DNA of 64,000 bases from Azolla caroliniana (taxonomy: Eukaryota > Plantae > Polypodiophyta): positions 14,694,001 to 14,758,000 of the forward strand of contig JBHGNT010000016.1 in the NCBI GenBank assembly GCA_043228905.1, written 5' to 3'. The translations under genes were made by a program, and so were the position numbers. Shown one piece after another: positions 14,012-26,127 of this stretch (position 1 is the first letter of the stretch; each line of letters opens with the position of its first letter). The notes beneath the pieces were generated by a model. The model saw only the letters and a list, made by a program, of their open reading frames with translations. It was not told where the DNA came from and ran no database searches.

Positions 14012-14902
14012 TACACCTATGAACAACACAAGATGGGGGATGAGTAACTATATTAAATTAGCATTATCATCATCAAATACAAAAATACCCACAATGAGGT
14101 ATATATAGATCTCTTGTGCAAGGGTGCACATGTGTGAGGAGAATATAGGTACAAGGGTGTAAGTCCTATATTAAATGTACTTGGGAGTGGAGAATCTACA
14201 ATATCCCACTTAAGTACAAGGTCTTATTTAAGGCGTTATAGTCAACACTTCTAACTAGATTCTATCTAGATAACTACGAAGTTACATGGTTGACTAACTA
14301 ACTAAACTAAGTTGAGCTTGATCTCTCAACACACCCCCTCAATCTCAAGTGTGAGGCGTTCGACATCCAGTTCTGCTTTCGGCGTTGTCCGGCTTTTGAT
14401 GTCGGCTTCTATGTGGTTTCCGTTCGGCCTTCGGCTTTCTTCGTCGTGGCAATCTCTACTCCTCCCCCTCAAGCCGGTGATGAAGGCTTGTAGAGTGTGG
14501 ATGAAGACCGACTTCTTCCACCCATCGTGGGTTACGAGTTGCTTCAATGGAGCTCTTGGGCTCTTGTTTGCCCACTACCTTCATCACGAAGGCATAGTGA
14601 TGGGCCATGTACTCGTTGTAGCTGAGCCAAGTGATGGGGTTCTTAGCTCTAGATGAGCGTCGAAGTTTTTCGCTCGCCGATGTGAGCACCTTCTTTACTC
14701 CGGGTGTCCACATGATGGGTACACCAAACTCACTGTCTTGTGAGCAAGACGACACACCCGAATCACTTTCGTCGGGGTGATCGACTTCATATTCAGGCAT
14801 CTTACCTTTCCCTTTGTCCAAGTTCATACTTGGCCGCGATGTTGTCGTGAAGAATGTGCTTCACGATATAAAAATGAACTTAAGTATTGTATTTAGTAGT
14901 AT

Positions 14903-14966
14903 TTGAGACACTTGAACCCACAACCTTATAAACCAAGCACAATGTATATACCACTAGGGTAGGGTA
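14903..14966 (-). promoter_or_regulatory. tRNA-like A/B-box module, antisense, copy 1
   Basis: Minus strand TACCCTAGTGGT...AAGGTTGTGGGTTCAAGTG; GG at 14952, T at 14916 (36 nt). Confidence 0.6.
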
Positions 14967-15039
14967 TTTGTTTTTAGAAAAGTTGTCAAGAATGTGCTTC
15001 ACTATATAAGAATAAACTTAAATATTGTATTAAGTAAAA

Positions 15040-15100
15040 TTGAGGGACTTGAACCCTCAACCTTGTATATCAACAAAGCATACACCACTAAGCTAGGTTA
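15040..15100 (-). promoter_or_regulatory. tRNA-like A/B-box module, antisense, copy 2
   Basis: Canonical A box TAGCTTAGTGGT; perfect T-arm TTGAGGG-TTCAAGT-CCCTCAA; 33-nt spacing. Confidence 0.75.
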
Positions 15101-15354
15101 CTTGTTTTAGGGTATCCATCATTATACTTATCTCATATATATTTTCATACATGGGAGCTCAAATGAGCATGATGACTATTATGCATCACATGCAATGCAT
15201 GTGCGCCAAATGGCGATCATGCATCACATGTAACTCATGCATTACATGCATGCCATTACCATATGCATGGAAATACTTATAAAAAGAGGGGAAAGAAAAA
15301 CAAAAGGGAATCAATCAAGAAGAGAAAGTTAGGGAAATGATATGATCAAACAAA

Positions 15355-15425
15355 CAAGTTAGCTCATTTGGGAAAAGGCTTGTGTTTTAAAGTTGGAGGC
15401 AAGGGTTCAAATCTACAGTTCAACA
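15355..15425 (+). promoter_or_regulatory. tRNA-like A/B-box module, sense, downstream of the TATA box
   Basis: TAGCTCATTTGG...GGAGGCAAGGGTTCAAATC; GG at 15370, T at 15406 (36 nt). Confidence 0.7.
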
Positions 15426-17963
15426 AAAGAAAAGTCGCATCTTGTGATCGACATTGTAACTTTGGTAAAATCTTGGGTTTTTAATATAATACATATTCTT
15501 ATCATATTTTCTTACCTCTTCAATCATACATTGTCTCTATCTCTCATCCTTGTTCGTCTCTCTCTCGTACATTACTTTCAACTTTTATTCCTGCTATCCT
15601 GAATCTTTGTGGTAAAATCTTATATTCTTAATATAAATCATGTTAATATCATATACTCTTGCTTCTTAAGTCATATATGGTCTTTGTCTCTAATCTATGC
15701 TCGTCTCTTTGTCACACAATACTTTTAACTCTTATTCTTCTTATCCTTAATCTTTCTAACATTTGTGTGCAAGCTTTATAAAAGTTTCTTCGACTCCCCT
15801 TAAACCTTAGTCCCTGTGACTTCGTCGCACGAACCACAACTACCCCGACAACGTGCTTGTGTCGCGTGGGGGCTCTTGTCGCCCACTAGGCCTTGCCGTA
15901 ATCAGACTTTCTTCGAACATGTGTTCGAAGCGATCTCCATCTTCTACCTCTTGTTCGACGGATTCTGGGTCGAGCGGAGTCGGAGTCGAAGTTTTCTCTG
16001 GTGCGTACCAGGATGTGGACTCGTCGAAGACTACGTCTCGACTTACCCGAACCACTCGGGTAGAAGGGTTGTAGCCCTTGTATACCTTCTTCTCGAACGA
16101 GTATCCTATGAGGATACATTCCTCCGACTTCGCGTCGGGCTACCTGTCGTTGTTCGTTCGGGATGCGTACATTCGCAATGCTTCCGAACACCTTGAGGTG
16201 CGACAGGATCGACTTCCTTCCTATGAGGAGCTCGTATGGAGTTAGCTCATGCACTCCATTAGTGGTGCATCGATTCATGAGATAGACGGCTGTGGATGCC
16301 GTTTCCGCCCAATAGAAATTCGGCATGTGTTTCTCATGCATTATGGCGCGTGCTACCTTAAGTATTTGCCGATTCTTCCTTTCGGCTACTCCATTTTGTT
16401 GGGGTGTGTGTTGGCATGAGAATTCTCTCCGAATGCCTTCAGTTTGAAGGTAGGAGGTGAATTCATCGAAGAAGTACTCCTTGCCTCCATCCGATCGTAG
16501 GCATCGAATGTGCCAACCAGTTTCTTTTTCAACTTGGCCCTTGAGCTTTTGGGAGTGGGAGAACACTTCACTCTTCTTCTTCATCGGGAAGATCCACGCG
16601 TAGCGCGAGTAGTCATCGATGAAGGTGACATAGAATCGGCATCCGAGTGTATGATGTCGAGGATGCATTTGCTCGCATGGCTCTCCTTCAGGAATGGGAG
16701 TCTATGTTGTTTGCCGAGTTGACACGCTTTGCATACTCGGTCGACTCGTTTCCACTCAAATGACGGAAGTCCGATAACAACTCCCGTTGATTGAATTGCT
16801 CGAAGCTGTTGGAGGTTTATGTGGCCAATTATTTTGTGCCACAACTCGATTCTTGTCTTGGTTTTGAGACCTTTGGCATACATGGCCGATTTCACCTCGT
16901 TCGAATTGAGGATGAACATGTGATTGTGTCTCCGTCCCTTGGCTATGAGTCCGCCATATTTCTCGATGAAACAACCTTTGTTGTTGAAGCGGACTTGCAT
17001 GCCTTGCTCCATGATTTGGCCAACGGAGACCAAATTCTTTGTTATTGTGGGCACATGCAAGACATTCTTGATGCAAGTTTGCTCGCCTTCTTTCCCGAAT
17101 GGGACATTGCCAATGTGTTGAATGGGATGTGTGGTGTCGTCTCCCGTCTCTATGAAGTCGGGTCGGTCCGGCGTTCGTAAGTCACGAAACCACTCTTGGT
17201 CTGACGTCATATGATGTGAAGCACCAGAATTGACGAACCACACGTCTTCCGAGTTGGAGTTGCTTGTGGAGTCGGAGGCCGACATAGAGTTCGCCCTATG
17301 CCTCATTACGAATAGTCTGTCGTAGTCATCGTATTCAGAGTTGGTGGAGTAAATCGTGAGTTGTCGACTCGTCGAAGCCGACTCACTTCTACTTTTTCGG
17401 CACTCCTCCTCGTGGTGGCCGATTTTTCCGCAATAGTTGCAAGTTGCGGGCGTCATTTGCCGACCTTGTTCGGTATGGAAGCTCCACCTTCTTCTGAAGG
17501 TTCCTTGATGGCTTCCATCTTGTTGTCGAAGGTTTGAGTTCCCTTCGTGTGATGGCTCAAATCGACCTCTTCTATCGCCTCGACCTCATCCTCGGCCACC
17601 ATCCGAATTCGAGAAGAACATTTGTCCTTCTGATGTCGAGGTTTTGGTTTGGACATGGTTCTCTTCAACCATTACAATTGACTGAAGGTCGAAGAACGAA
17701 GGAGGATTTTCCCTCGCCAAGATTGTCGTCCTCAACGAGTCGAATCGTTGTGCAAGGCTACCCAAGCATACTTGAACCATCTCGTCTTCGTCGATGTTTA
17801 TTTTGATGGAGCCAAGCGAGTCACAAATGCTCTTGATCTTGGTGGTGTAGTCTGACTGTCAAGAATAGTACTAAAACATAGAGAGAATTAGTACTAGAGA
17901 AGGGAAGTACTATTAGTACTAAGAGGACGGACTGCGTAAGACTCATGAGAGAGAGACAATGAA

Positions 17964-18003
<40 letters not shown>

Positions 18004-18224
18004 ATGATAACAGATGATATATTATGTGAAGAGTAAGTACAAAATAGCTATGAGGCTTAAGACTAGCGTTGAACCAATTTGGTTCGAAATAATGCCTTGT
18101 GCCTCTTTTTATAGTGTTCTCAGGAATAGTCCTAAAGCTTCTAGAATGTTCTAGAGAAATCTGGAATATACAATAACTCTCTATAGTAAAACTTAAATGA
18201 AAATAATATCTTACGTATTACAAT

Positions 18225-18292
18225 AGGTAATGTAATGGCCAAGAGCTCAACCCATATAACATAAGGTTATGGGTTCGAGTCTTGCCATATCA
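18225..18292 (+). promoter_or_regulatory. tRNA-like A/B-box module at the U3 end of the Tcn1-like LTR, antisense; also about 23592-23658
   Basis: TAATGTAATGG...AAGGTTATGGGTTCGAGTC; GG at 18237, T at 18274 (37 nt). Confidence 0.65.
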
Positions 18293-21200
18293 TGACACTA
18301 TCCCCCCCTTACGATGACGAGCGTCACGAGTCAGCACTGATTGTGGACCGGGTTTGTCCGAATACTTTTGGTAGAAATCAGCAAGAAGATCCTTTGGCGA
18401 CATGCTCGACGGGTTCCCAAGTAAGTTCACTCGGACTATAGCCAAGCCAATCGACCAAATAATAAAGTTTGTTGTGAACAAACTTGGAGTCGAGGACAGC
18501 AACAACTTCATACACCGGGCCGGTGTCCAACTCAAGCGGGGGCGGCGGTGGTGTACACGATCGGGAATAGTGTTGGCCTGATAAGGTTCGAGAAGAGAAC
18601 TATGGAAGACTAGATGTATCTGAAGGTGCGGAGGAAGATCAAGGCGGAACGTGACATCGTTAATCTTGCCGGTAATACGGAAAGGACCGAGTCATTGATA
18701 ATCCAATTTGTTGCACGGTCGAGTTGTCTTGATGTGACGACGTAAGATCCATACTCGATCTCTGATGGCAAAAGAGGAGGGAATCTGATGACGATCTGCA
18801 TAAGTCTTCTGAGTGTGTTGAGCATGACGAAGATGAATAGATAGATCCGTCTTAATCTTGCGTAGCCTCTCCAGATGATCCTCGGCAAGAGGATTGGTAG
18901 GTAGCTCCAGAGTGTCGATCACAGACCAGCGAGGATGAGAACCAGTATAAGCATAAAATGGCAAGACCCGAGTCGAGGAGTGAATAGCGTTGTTATACGC
19001 AAACTCCACAAAGTGGAGAATATCAGCCCAATCGTCTTGTTGATAACTCAGAAAACACCGAAGATATTGTTCCAGTGTTTGATTCATTCGTTCCGCTTGC
19101 CCATCGGTTTGGGGATGGTAGTTAGAGGAGAGGTTGCAAGAGACCTTGAGCATCTTGAAGAGATGCTTCCAAAATTTGGAGACGAATTGAGGTCCTCAGT
19201 CACTCATGATACTGTCTCGGAGGCCATGATGCCAAAATACCTCACGCATGACAAGGGTTGCAGTTTCCTCACTAGTGATGGCCTTAATACAAGGCACAAA
19301 ATGTGCCATCTTAGTATATCAATCGATGACGGATAAGATAGCATCGAAACCCTTCGAGACTGGAAGATCTGTGATAAAATCAAGACAAATGGACTCCCAT
19401 AGCTTACTTGGAATTGGTAAGGATTCCAACAAGCCATATGGATGATGTCGTGGCATCTTTGCTCGACAATAAGCATCACATGTCCAAACATAGTCCTCGA
19501 CAAAATGTCACATATGGGGCCACCAAAAGGATCGTCGAACTAGATCCAATGACTTAGTACTACCGAAATGTCCAGTTGTATGGGTGTCGTGACAATTTTA
19601 GACGATTTGAAGGCGACATGAGCAATCGGGAACATAGACGAGCTTTTTAAAGAATAATAACCCATCATGATATTCAAATTGTCGGTAGTCCATACCTGGT
19701 TGTTGAGACTGGGAACAGGATGCCCGAGAGGCATCAATTTGCGCTAGAATGGCTTGAGCAAAACTATCCGTCTTCAAGTTGGCACGTATGGCATCGATAA
19801 TCCGGGAATCCAGTGGAGTGAAAAATCCGCGTTGTGTGCAAACTTGTTGGTCCCAAGATTACCTGCTTTTGATTATCAAATGCTGGATCACCCGGACGAG
19901 GTGCAATATATGAAGGTCGCGATAGTGCATCTGCTTTTCCTTGTTGCTTCCCCGGCCGATATGTGATTTTGAAGTCAAAACATGTGAGGAATTGGGCCCA
20001 CCGAGCTTGCCGTCGATTTAGTACACGAGCGTTCTGGATGGAAGTTAGCAAGATTTTTGTGATCACTGAAGACGATGACCTGATGAGGAGAGCCCTCTAA
20101 GAAGTGTCGCCATTGCACAAACGAATCCACGATGGCTAATAACTCCTTGTCATGTATCTTGTAGTTAATTTCTACTGCATCAAATTTGCGTGAGTGGAAA
20201 GCCACAGGATGTAACTTTTCTTTATCTCCTTGTTGTGAAAGGATGCTACCGAGGGCAAAATCCGATGCGTCAACCTCCATGATGAATGGTTTGTTTGTAT
20301 CCACATGAGCTAGAATAGGAGTTGGTGTAAAGGCTTTCTTAAGATGCATAAAAGCCATGTCCGCTTCATTGGACCAAAGAAATGATTGTCCCTTCTTGGT
20401 AAGTTGTGTGAGAGGTAAAATAATCTTCGAGTAATCTTGTATAAACTTGCGGTAGAAGTTAGCAAAGCCTAGGAAACATTGCACATCTCGTAAGGAACGT
20501 GGAGTTTGCCACTCTAGCACAGTTTGGACTTTAGCTGGATCCATGGAGATGCCTTTTAAGGAGATGACATAGCCTAGAAATTCCACTTGCTTGCAGTCAA
20601 AGCTACATTTTTCTAGTTTGGCATAAAGATCATGCTCTTGGAGTCGTTTTAGTACTAATAGTACATGAGAATCATGCTCTTCATGGGTCTTCGAATAAAT
20701 CAATAGATCATCCAGATAGATGATCAACTGGTATCCAAGAGATCTCTGAATATATCATTTGTCGTGTGTTGCAAGACTGCGGGCGCATTGGTTAGACCGA
20801 ACGGCATAACGGTATACTCAAAGTGCCCACATCGGGTGCGAAAAGCAGTCTTCCATTCGTCTCCCAGTCGGATCGGCGCGAGGTTATATGCTCCTTGTAA
20901 GTCGATTTTTGTAAAAAACTTGGCACCATTTACACGTTCTAATAGACTTGATATAAGGGGAAGTGCATACCTATTCCGAATGGTGACCATATTCAAGCCG
21001 TGCTAATCAACGACGAGATGAAGGGATCCATCTTTCTTTTTGACAAAGAAAATGGGTGCACCTGCCAGAGATTTCAAATGATGAATAAACCCACTTGCCA
21101 AATTCTCTTCTATGTAGGCTCGAAGGACTTCCAACTCGGTTGGTGACAAGTTATAAATCGGTCCCCACGGTGGCTCTGTTCCTAGTTGTAAATCGATGGG

Positions 21201-21829
21201 ACAATCATAGGGACGATGATGAAGAAGAGTACCAGCTCTGACCATGTCAAATACATCGGCATAGGGATGATATTTCGCGGGAAGTTGAACTAAGGATTCC
21301 TTTTTAATAGTGCTGGAAGGATGTACTGATATTGCAAATAGAAACATTGACTCCTTGTGTCCTTCTTCACATAATTGATGGAGCGAAATGGTCGAAACTC
21401 GATGAGTAGCTTCTCGGGGTTGTCGATACTGGACTTCTCTTGTTCTCCAATGTATGTCCGGATTATGTACTTCAAACCAAGGTAATCCCAAGACAATGGG
21501 ATGCTCTGGACTACTAATTATATTAAATGATACCACACACACAAAGTTATCTAGGACAACCTGAATGGGTTCTGACTCTTCTACGATATTCCCAAAAGCA
21601 ATGGGACGACCATCAATGACTACTACAGATGCGGGGCAAGGAAGTCTTCTTAAAGATATCTAAGAAGCTTGGGCAAAATTCCGAACCATGAAATAGGAAT
21701 TGGCTCTAGAATCTAAAAGTGCTAAGACATGTACTGGAGGGGTACTTTTAGTACTAATTATGACTTGGGCTAAGAACACATCGTTAACTTGCTTAGAGGG
21801 AATGGAACCACTAATGGGTTGCACAAATC

Positions 21830-21881
21830 TAGGGATGTCCAACCAAACGGCTCCTATTTTGGCTGAACTTAGTCATTTAAC
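21830..21881 (-). other. Putative -1 frameshift signal at the gag/pol junction
   Basis: G_TTA_AAT, 6-nt spacer, 11-bp stem GTTCAGCCAAA/TTTGGTTGGAC. Confidence 0.65.
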
Positions 21882-22504
21882 TCTTCCTCTAATTGACTAA
21901 GGATTTCAAATTTGTTTGAGATACTTGGGCTATCAGTACTATTAATACTATCAAACACTCCTAAGGGAATTTACTCGAGTTTAGTACATGCTACGATTTG
22001 ATTTACTTGTCTTCTTGGCCTATGGGGACAATTGATGGCGATATGCCCTGGTCCACCGCAATAAAGACATAATCGATTTGCACGTCGTCGTTGCTTTTCT
22101 TGTTCCAATAACGGGCCCCGTCGACACATGGTGTCGATCTCCATCGGCGTCGGAGTATTTGCCTGCGATACATCTCGTGCAACCGGTTTAGCTGCGACTG
22201 AGGCGTATGTGGGCTCTAGCCTAGTGCGTGGCATTTGAAATTGACGTTCCGAATATCGTTCGAAAAGGCAGTTGTTGCATCGGACCACTCGACTAATTGC
22301 CTCTGTAAGAGATTTTGGTTCTTCAGGAAAGGTTAAAAGTAAATCTTTGACGTCGTTTCGTAGGCCATAGCGGAACTGCTCCATTAGTGCTTGATCATCC
22401 CCCGGGGATATCTGAGGCGAGTAGATGGAAATCCGCCGTGTAGGCAGAGGCTGGACGATCGCCTTGATGCAATCGTCGGATTTTGTTGATCGTCGTCCGG
22501 ATGT

Positions 22505-22955
22505 TGTCGGTATCTCCAAAGCAATCTTTAAACTCACTAATAAAGTCTTCAAAGTTATTAAGCAAGGGAGATTGTTTTTCCAAAAGCGGAGCAAATCATG
22601 CCAAGGCTGAGCCGCTAAGCAACGTGCCTATTAGGCCTACTCGGGATACATCAGTGGGGTATCGGGAAGGATGCATTTGCATGACTAAGAGTACCTAATT
22701 AAGGAATCCTCTTAATTGTGAGCGAGTTCCATCGGTATCTCCGAAGTAGGCTTTAAACTCGCTAATAAAGTCTTCAAAGTTATTAAGCAAGGGAGATTGT
22801 TTTTCCAAAAGCGGAGCGAATCATGCCAAGGCTGAGCCGCTGAGCAACATGCCTATTAGGCCTACTCAGGATGCATCAATGGGGTATTGGGAAGGATGCA
22901 TTTGCATGACTAAGCGTACCTGATTAAGGAATCCTCTGAATTGTGATCGCGTTCC
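22505..22955. repeat. Tandem duplication of about 230-240 bp in the Tcn1-like gag
   Basis: TCGGTATCTCC...TTTAAACTC...GCATTTGCATGACTAAG block present twice. Confidence 0.85.
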
Positions 22956-24959
22956 ATCGAATTTCACAGGAAGACCAATCTTGGGCTCTTTATGAAGTCC
23001 TTGGGGACTTGATCCTTGTTGTTGTAACGCTACGATGGTTGCTTCCAGTTGTTGTACGCGTAACGCTAACTCCCCATGTTGTTGTTGCGTTTGCTGTTTT
23101 TCTAAAGCAATTTGTTGAAGATCCCCTAACAATCATTGGTTTTCTTGTTCCAATGCAACGAATTTTTCTTTTAGACATTGTAGCTCAGAAAAAATGGATT
23201 GATATTCCTAGGCGTTAACAGTAGCCATAGTATTGGAAAAAGGGGTAAGAGGATGAGGGAAACCAAAAAGAAGACCAAAGGGAGAAATTGGTTCAAACTG
23301 TCAGGAATAGTACTAAAACAGAGAGAAAATTAGTACTAAAGAAGGGAAGTACTATTAGTACTAAGAGGACGATGATAACAGATGATATATTATGTGAAGA
23401 GTAAATACAAAATAGCTATGAGGCTTAAGACTGGCATTGAACCAATTTGGTTCGAAATAATGCTTTGTGCCTCTTTTTATAGTGTTCTCAGAATAGTCCG
23501 GAAGCTTCTAGAATGTTCCAGAGAAATCTAGAATATACAATCATTCTCTATAGTAAAACTTAAATGAAAATAATATCCTACGTATCATAATAGATAATGT
23601 AATGGTCAAGAGCTCGACCCATATAACATAAGGTTACGGGCTCGAGTCTTGCCTTATCATGACACCAACACGAACATGTCTTTTTGCCAAATGTTGTTCA
23701 ACTCTTGATGGAGTTGAAGCTTTCGGGCGGTCGTGTTGGCAGCGAACATTTTCTTTAAGTTCTCCCACGCCTCTTTGGGCGTCTTGGCGTCTCGAATGTG
23801 GCTAAGCATGTGGTCGTGGACACATGTTGCCAAGCAATACGTGACTCTACTCACTCCTTGCTCCCATGAGTAGTCGGTGTTCTTTGGGTCAAGTCGATTT
23901 TCTTGAGCGTCGTTGATGTAGCTCCAATACCCTTGGTCGACAAGGTATTGGTTCATCTTGTACTCCCAAGATGAATAATTGCTCCGGTGTAGCTTTTCAC
24001 TAGGGAGCGAGCTACCCATTTGTGTGTTCATTTTGATGTAGTGTCTTCCATTTTTCTTTTCTTCCTTCGATCACGTACTCGTGCTATGTGGCGGCACTAC
24101 AATAGCTGATAGCCGTAATTTGTCGTCGGCGTTTCTAACACACAATTATGAAGAGGTGGATGGGCTTAGTGGATGTGCTAAACCACACACTTTGATACCA
24201 TGTTAAGAATTAGGTAAGTAATTAAGCAAGGGTTAATTAGTACCTAATTATGTGATTAGTTTATAAGCAGAAGATTAAGTGATATGTGTGTGTATGTGTG
24301 TGAGAGGAAGAGAGAGAGAGAGAGAGAGAGATACACTTATAAACAACACAAGATGGGGGATGAGTAACTATATTAAATTAGCATTATCATCATCAAATAC
24401 AAAAATACCCACAATGAGGTATATATAGATCTCATGTGCAAGGGTGCACATGTGTGAGGAGAATATAGGTACAAGGGTGTAAGTCCTATATTAAATGTAC
24501 TTGGGAGTGGAGGATCTACAATATCCCACTTAAGTACAAGGTCTTATTTAAGGTGTTATAGTCAACACTTCTAACTAGATCTATCTAGATAACTACGAAG
24601 TTACATGGTTGACTAACTAACTAAACTAAGTTGAGCTTGATCTCTCAACACTGTGTCTATCTTCTACGTTCCTTCTTCTTCTTGTTGCATATCTGTGTTG
24701 TTTGATGTACACATCTTACCTTGATGGTCCTTATCATATTCCTCATCTAACATATATCAAAAATATGTACTCATGAAAACACATGGCTACATAAGGTCAG
24801 TTGGGACACTTTCCAATGGACGTGGCACAATCCTTATGTAAGGCAAGGAAGCAAAATCGTCCCTTTCTTCCAATTCACGACTAGACTGGGTCACCACATT
24901 CCAACCACTCAAATTGCCTGCGAGTCTGCAGTTGCAAAGGTATGGCACACATATCATGC

Positions 24960-25200
24960 TCCTCATACAATTATCATGAAAGTTTGGCAGAACATTTGGA
25001 AACAACAACACACTAGGCAAATTACCACGTTCTAATGGCTATTAATAAATAAGTCACTAACGGTTGGAGCGTGGCAGTGTGGGAACCTTACCTCTCTTAA
25101 CTGTGTAGGATGCCCAAATGCAACGGAATCAATCTGACACACTCTTTGGGATTGCCTAGAGACTCATCAATATGGCGGGGGGTTGGCCGCCTTTTGCAAT
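24960..25200 (+). pseudogene. LINE (L1-like) ORF2 C-terminal zf-RVT remnant
   Basis: Manual translation MKVWQNIWKQQHTRQITTF*WLLINKSLTVGAW...CVGCPNATESI*HTLWDC matches the W-x-x-IWK...CxxC...H-x4-C pattern. Confidence 0.65.
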
Positions 25201-26127
25201 TATGCCAAGTGCAAGGCACAATCAAGAGGGGAAATGTATGTTGGTTATCGTGGCAGGTCCCAGTTGATAGATATGAACATCAGGAGGGGATGACTTTGGT
25301 GATAAAAGCATAAGAGGTTTTTTTTTCCACCATCGACAATATCCACTCAACTCCTATTAATGTCAAATCTCAAGTTGTCCTGGAATTGGTCAGCCAACCA
25401 CATTATCTCTACCTGGCTAGACAGCAAATTCAAGGAGTTCCTCACAAACACCAACCAGATGCAAGATATCTTACTTACCCCCATCAACATCCAACACCTT
25501 TGATCCCACCCATGTCCACAATGTCCTCTCAAACTATTGTACCTCCATTGGTAGCACTATCTAAAGGGTAGTAGATGGCAGTACATTCATGCTCTACACT
25601 CCAAAGCAACAACTAATATAATGCAAATAACAAGATTTAATCATACATGTAAGCTTCTTGCCATTCACATGTGAGAGAGAGATAGAAATTTTGTAATAGT
25701 TTCAGATGTCAAATATGAGCCACAATACCAAAAATGAAGCATTTTTGAGAATTTTACAAATGAGAGTTGTAATTGACCATGAGATTGTGAATGAGAAAAA
25801 GAGGAGGAAAAAAGATAAATTGGATCATATCAGTCCCCCTAATAACTATTTTCAAGCACACTTTAACACATATTTTCAAAATATAAGGGTTGTTCGATGA
25901 GAAAGCACGCACAAACTCGAGCCATAGGTAAGTTGTATACAAACGCTTCATGGTCTTCTCTTTATTCAAAACGAGATAACACCTGTAAGCACACCACCCC
26001 TTACTCTTTTCCCCAATCACCAAGTGAAATGATCATACCCTCATGTAGGGGCAAGGGATTGTTTGTCTCTATCCTTTATTCAATAAACTTAATGTCTATG
26101 ACGGTCCATAACATAAATCAGGCTTTA

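Larger units (their letters stand above)
14843..15850 (+). mobile_element. Solo LTR of the Phygy-like family
   Basis: TGTCGTGAAG...CCCCGACA; TSD ATGT/ACGT; tandem unit of about 140 bp at the 5' end; CATGCA cluster 15180-15270; TATAAAA near 15278. Confidence 0.85.
17857..23664 (-). mobile_element. Tcn1-like chromovirus (Ty3/gypsy), full length, degenerate
   Basis: LTRs 23299-23664 and 17857-18297; PPT AAGGGGGGGATAG; PEG10-like gag with CCHC knuckle (CLYCGGPGHIAINC); PR (LLDSRA); RT (YLDD); RH; IN; chromodomain remnant; TSD CTGAC/CCAAC, both derivable from CCGAC. Confidence 0.9.
13877..24650 (-). mobile_element. Ty1/copia element lacking RT-RNase H, carrying two nested insertions
   Basis: LTRs 24201-24650 and 13877-14331; perfect TSD CTGTG; degenerate iMet PBS about 24189-24200; PPT after 14331; gag 23657-24031 resuming at 17856; PR (WFVNSGAS) and IN 15886-17456; after the RT linker (EPKSSIEATRNPRW) it jumps to the pol terminus. 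Confidence 0.9.
13321..24752 (+). repeat. Probable outer LTR remnant (13321-13876 plus 24651-24752) split by the copia insertion
   Basis: LTR-like composition, continuous across TSD CTGTG, ends ...CTAACA at 24752; start not visible. Confidence 0.35.
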
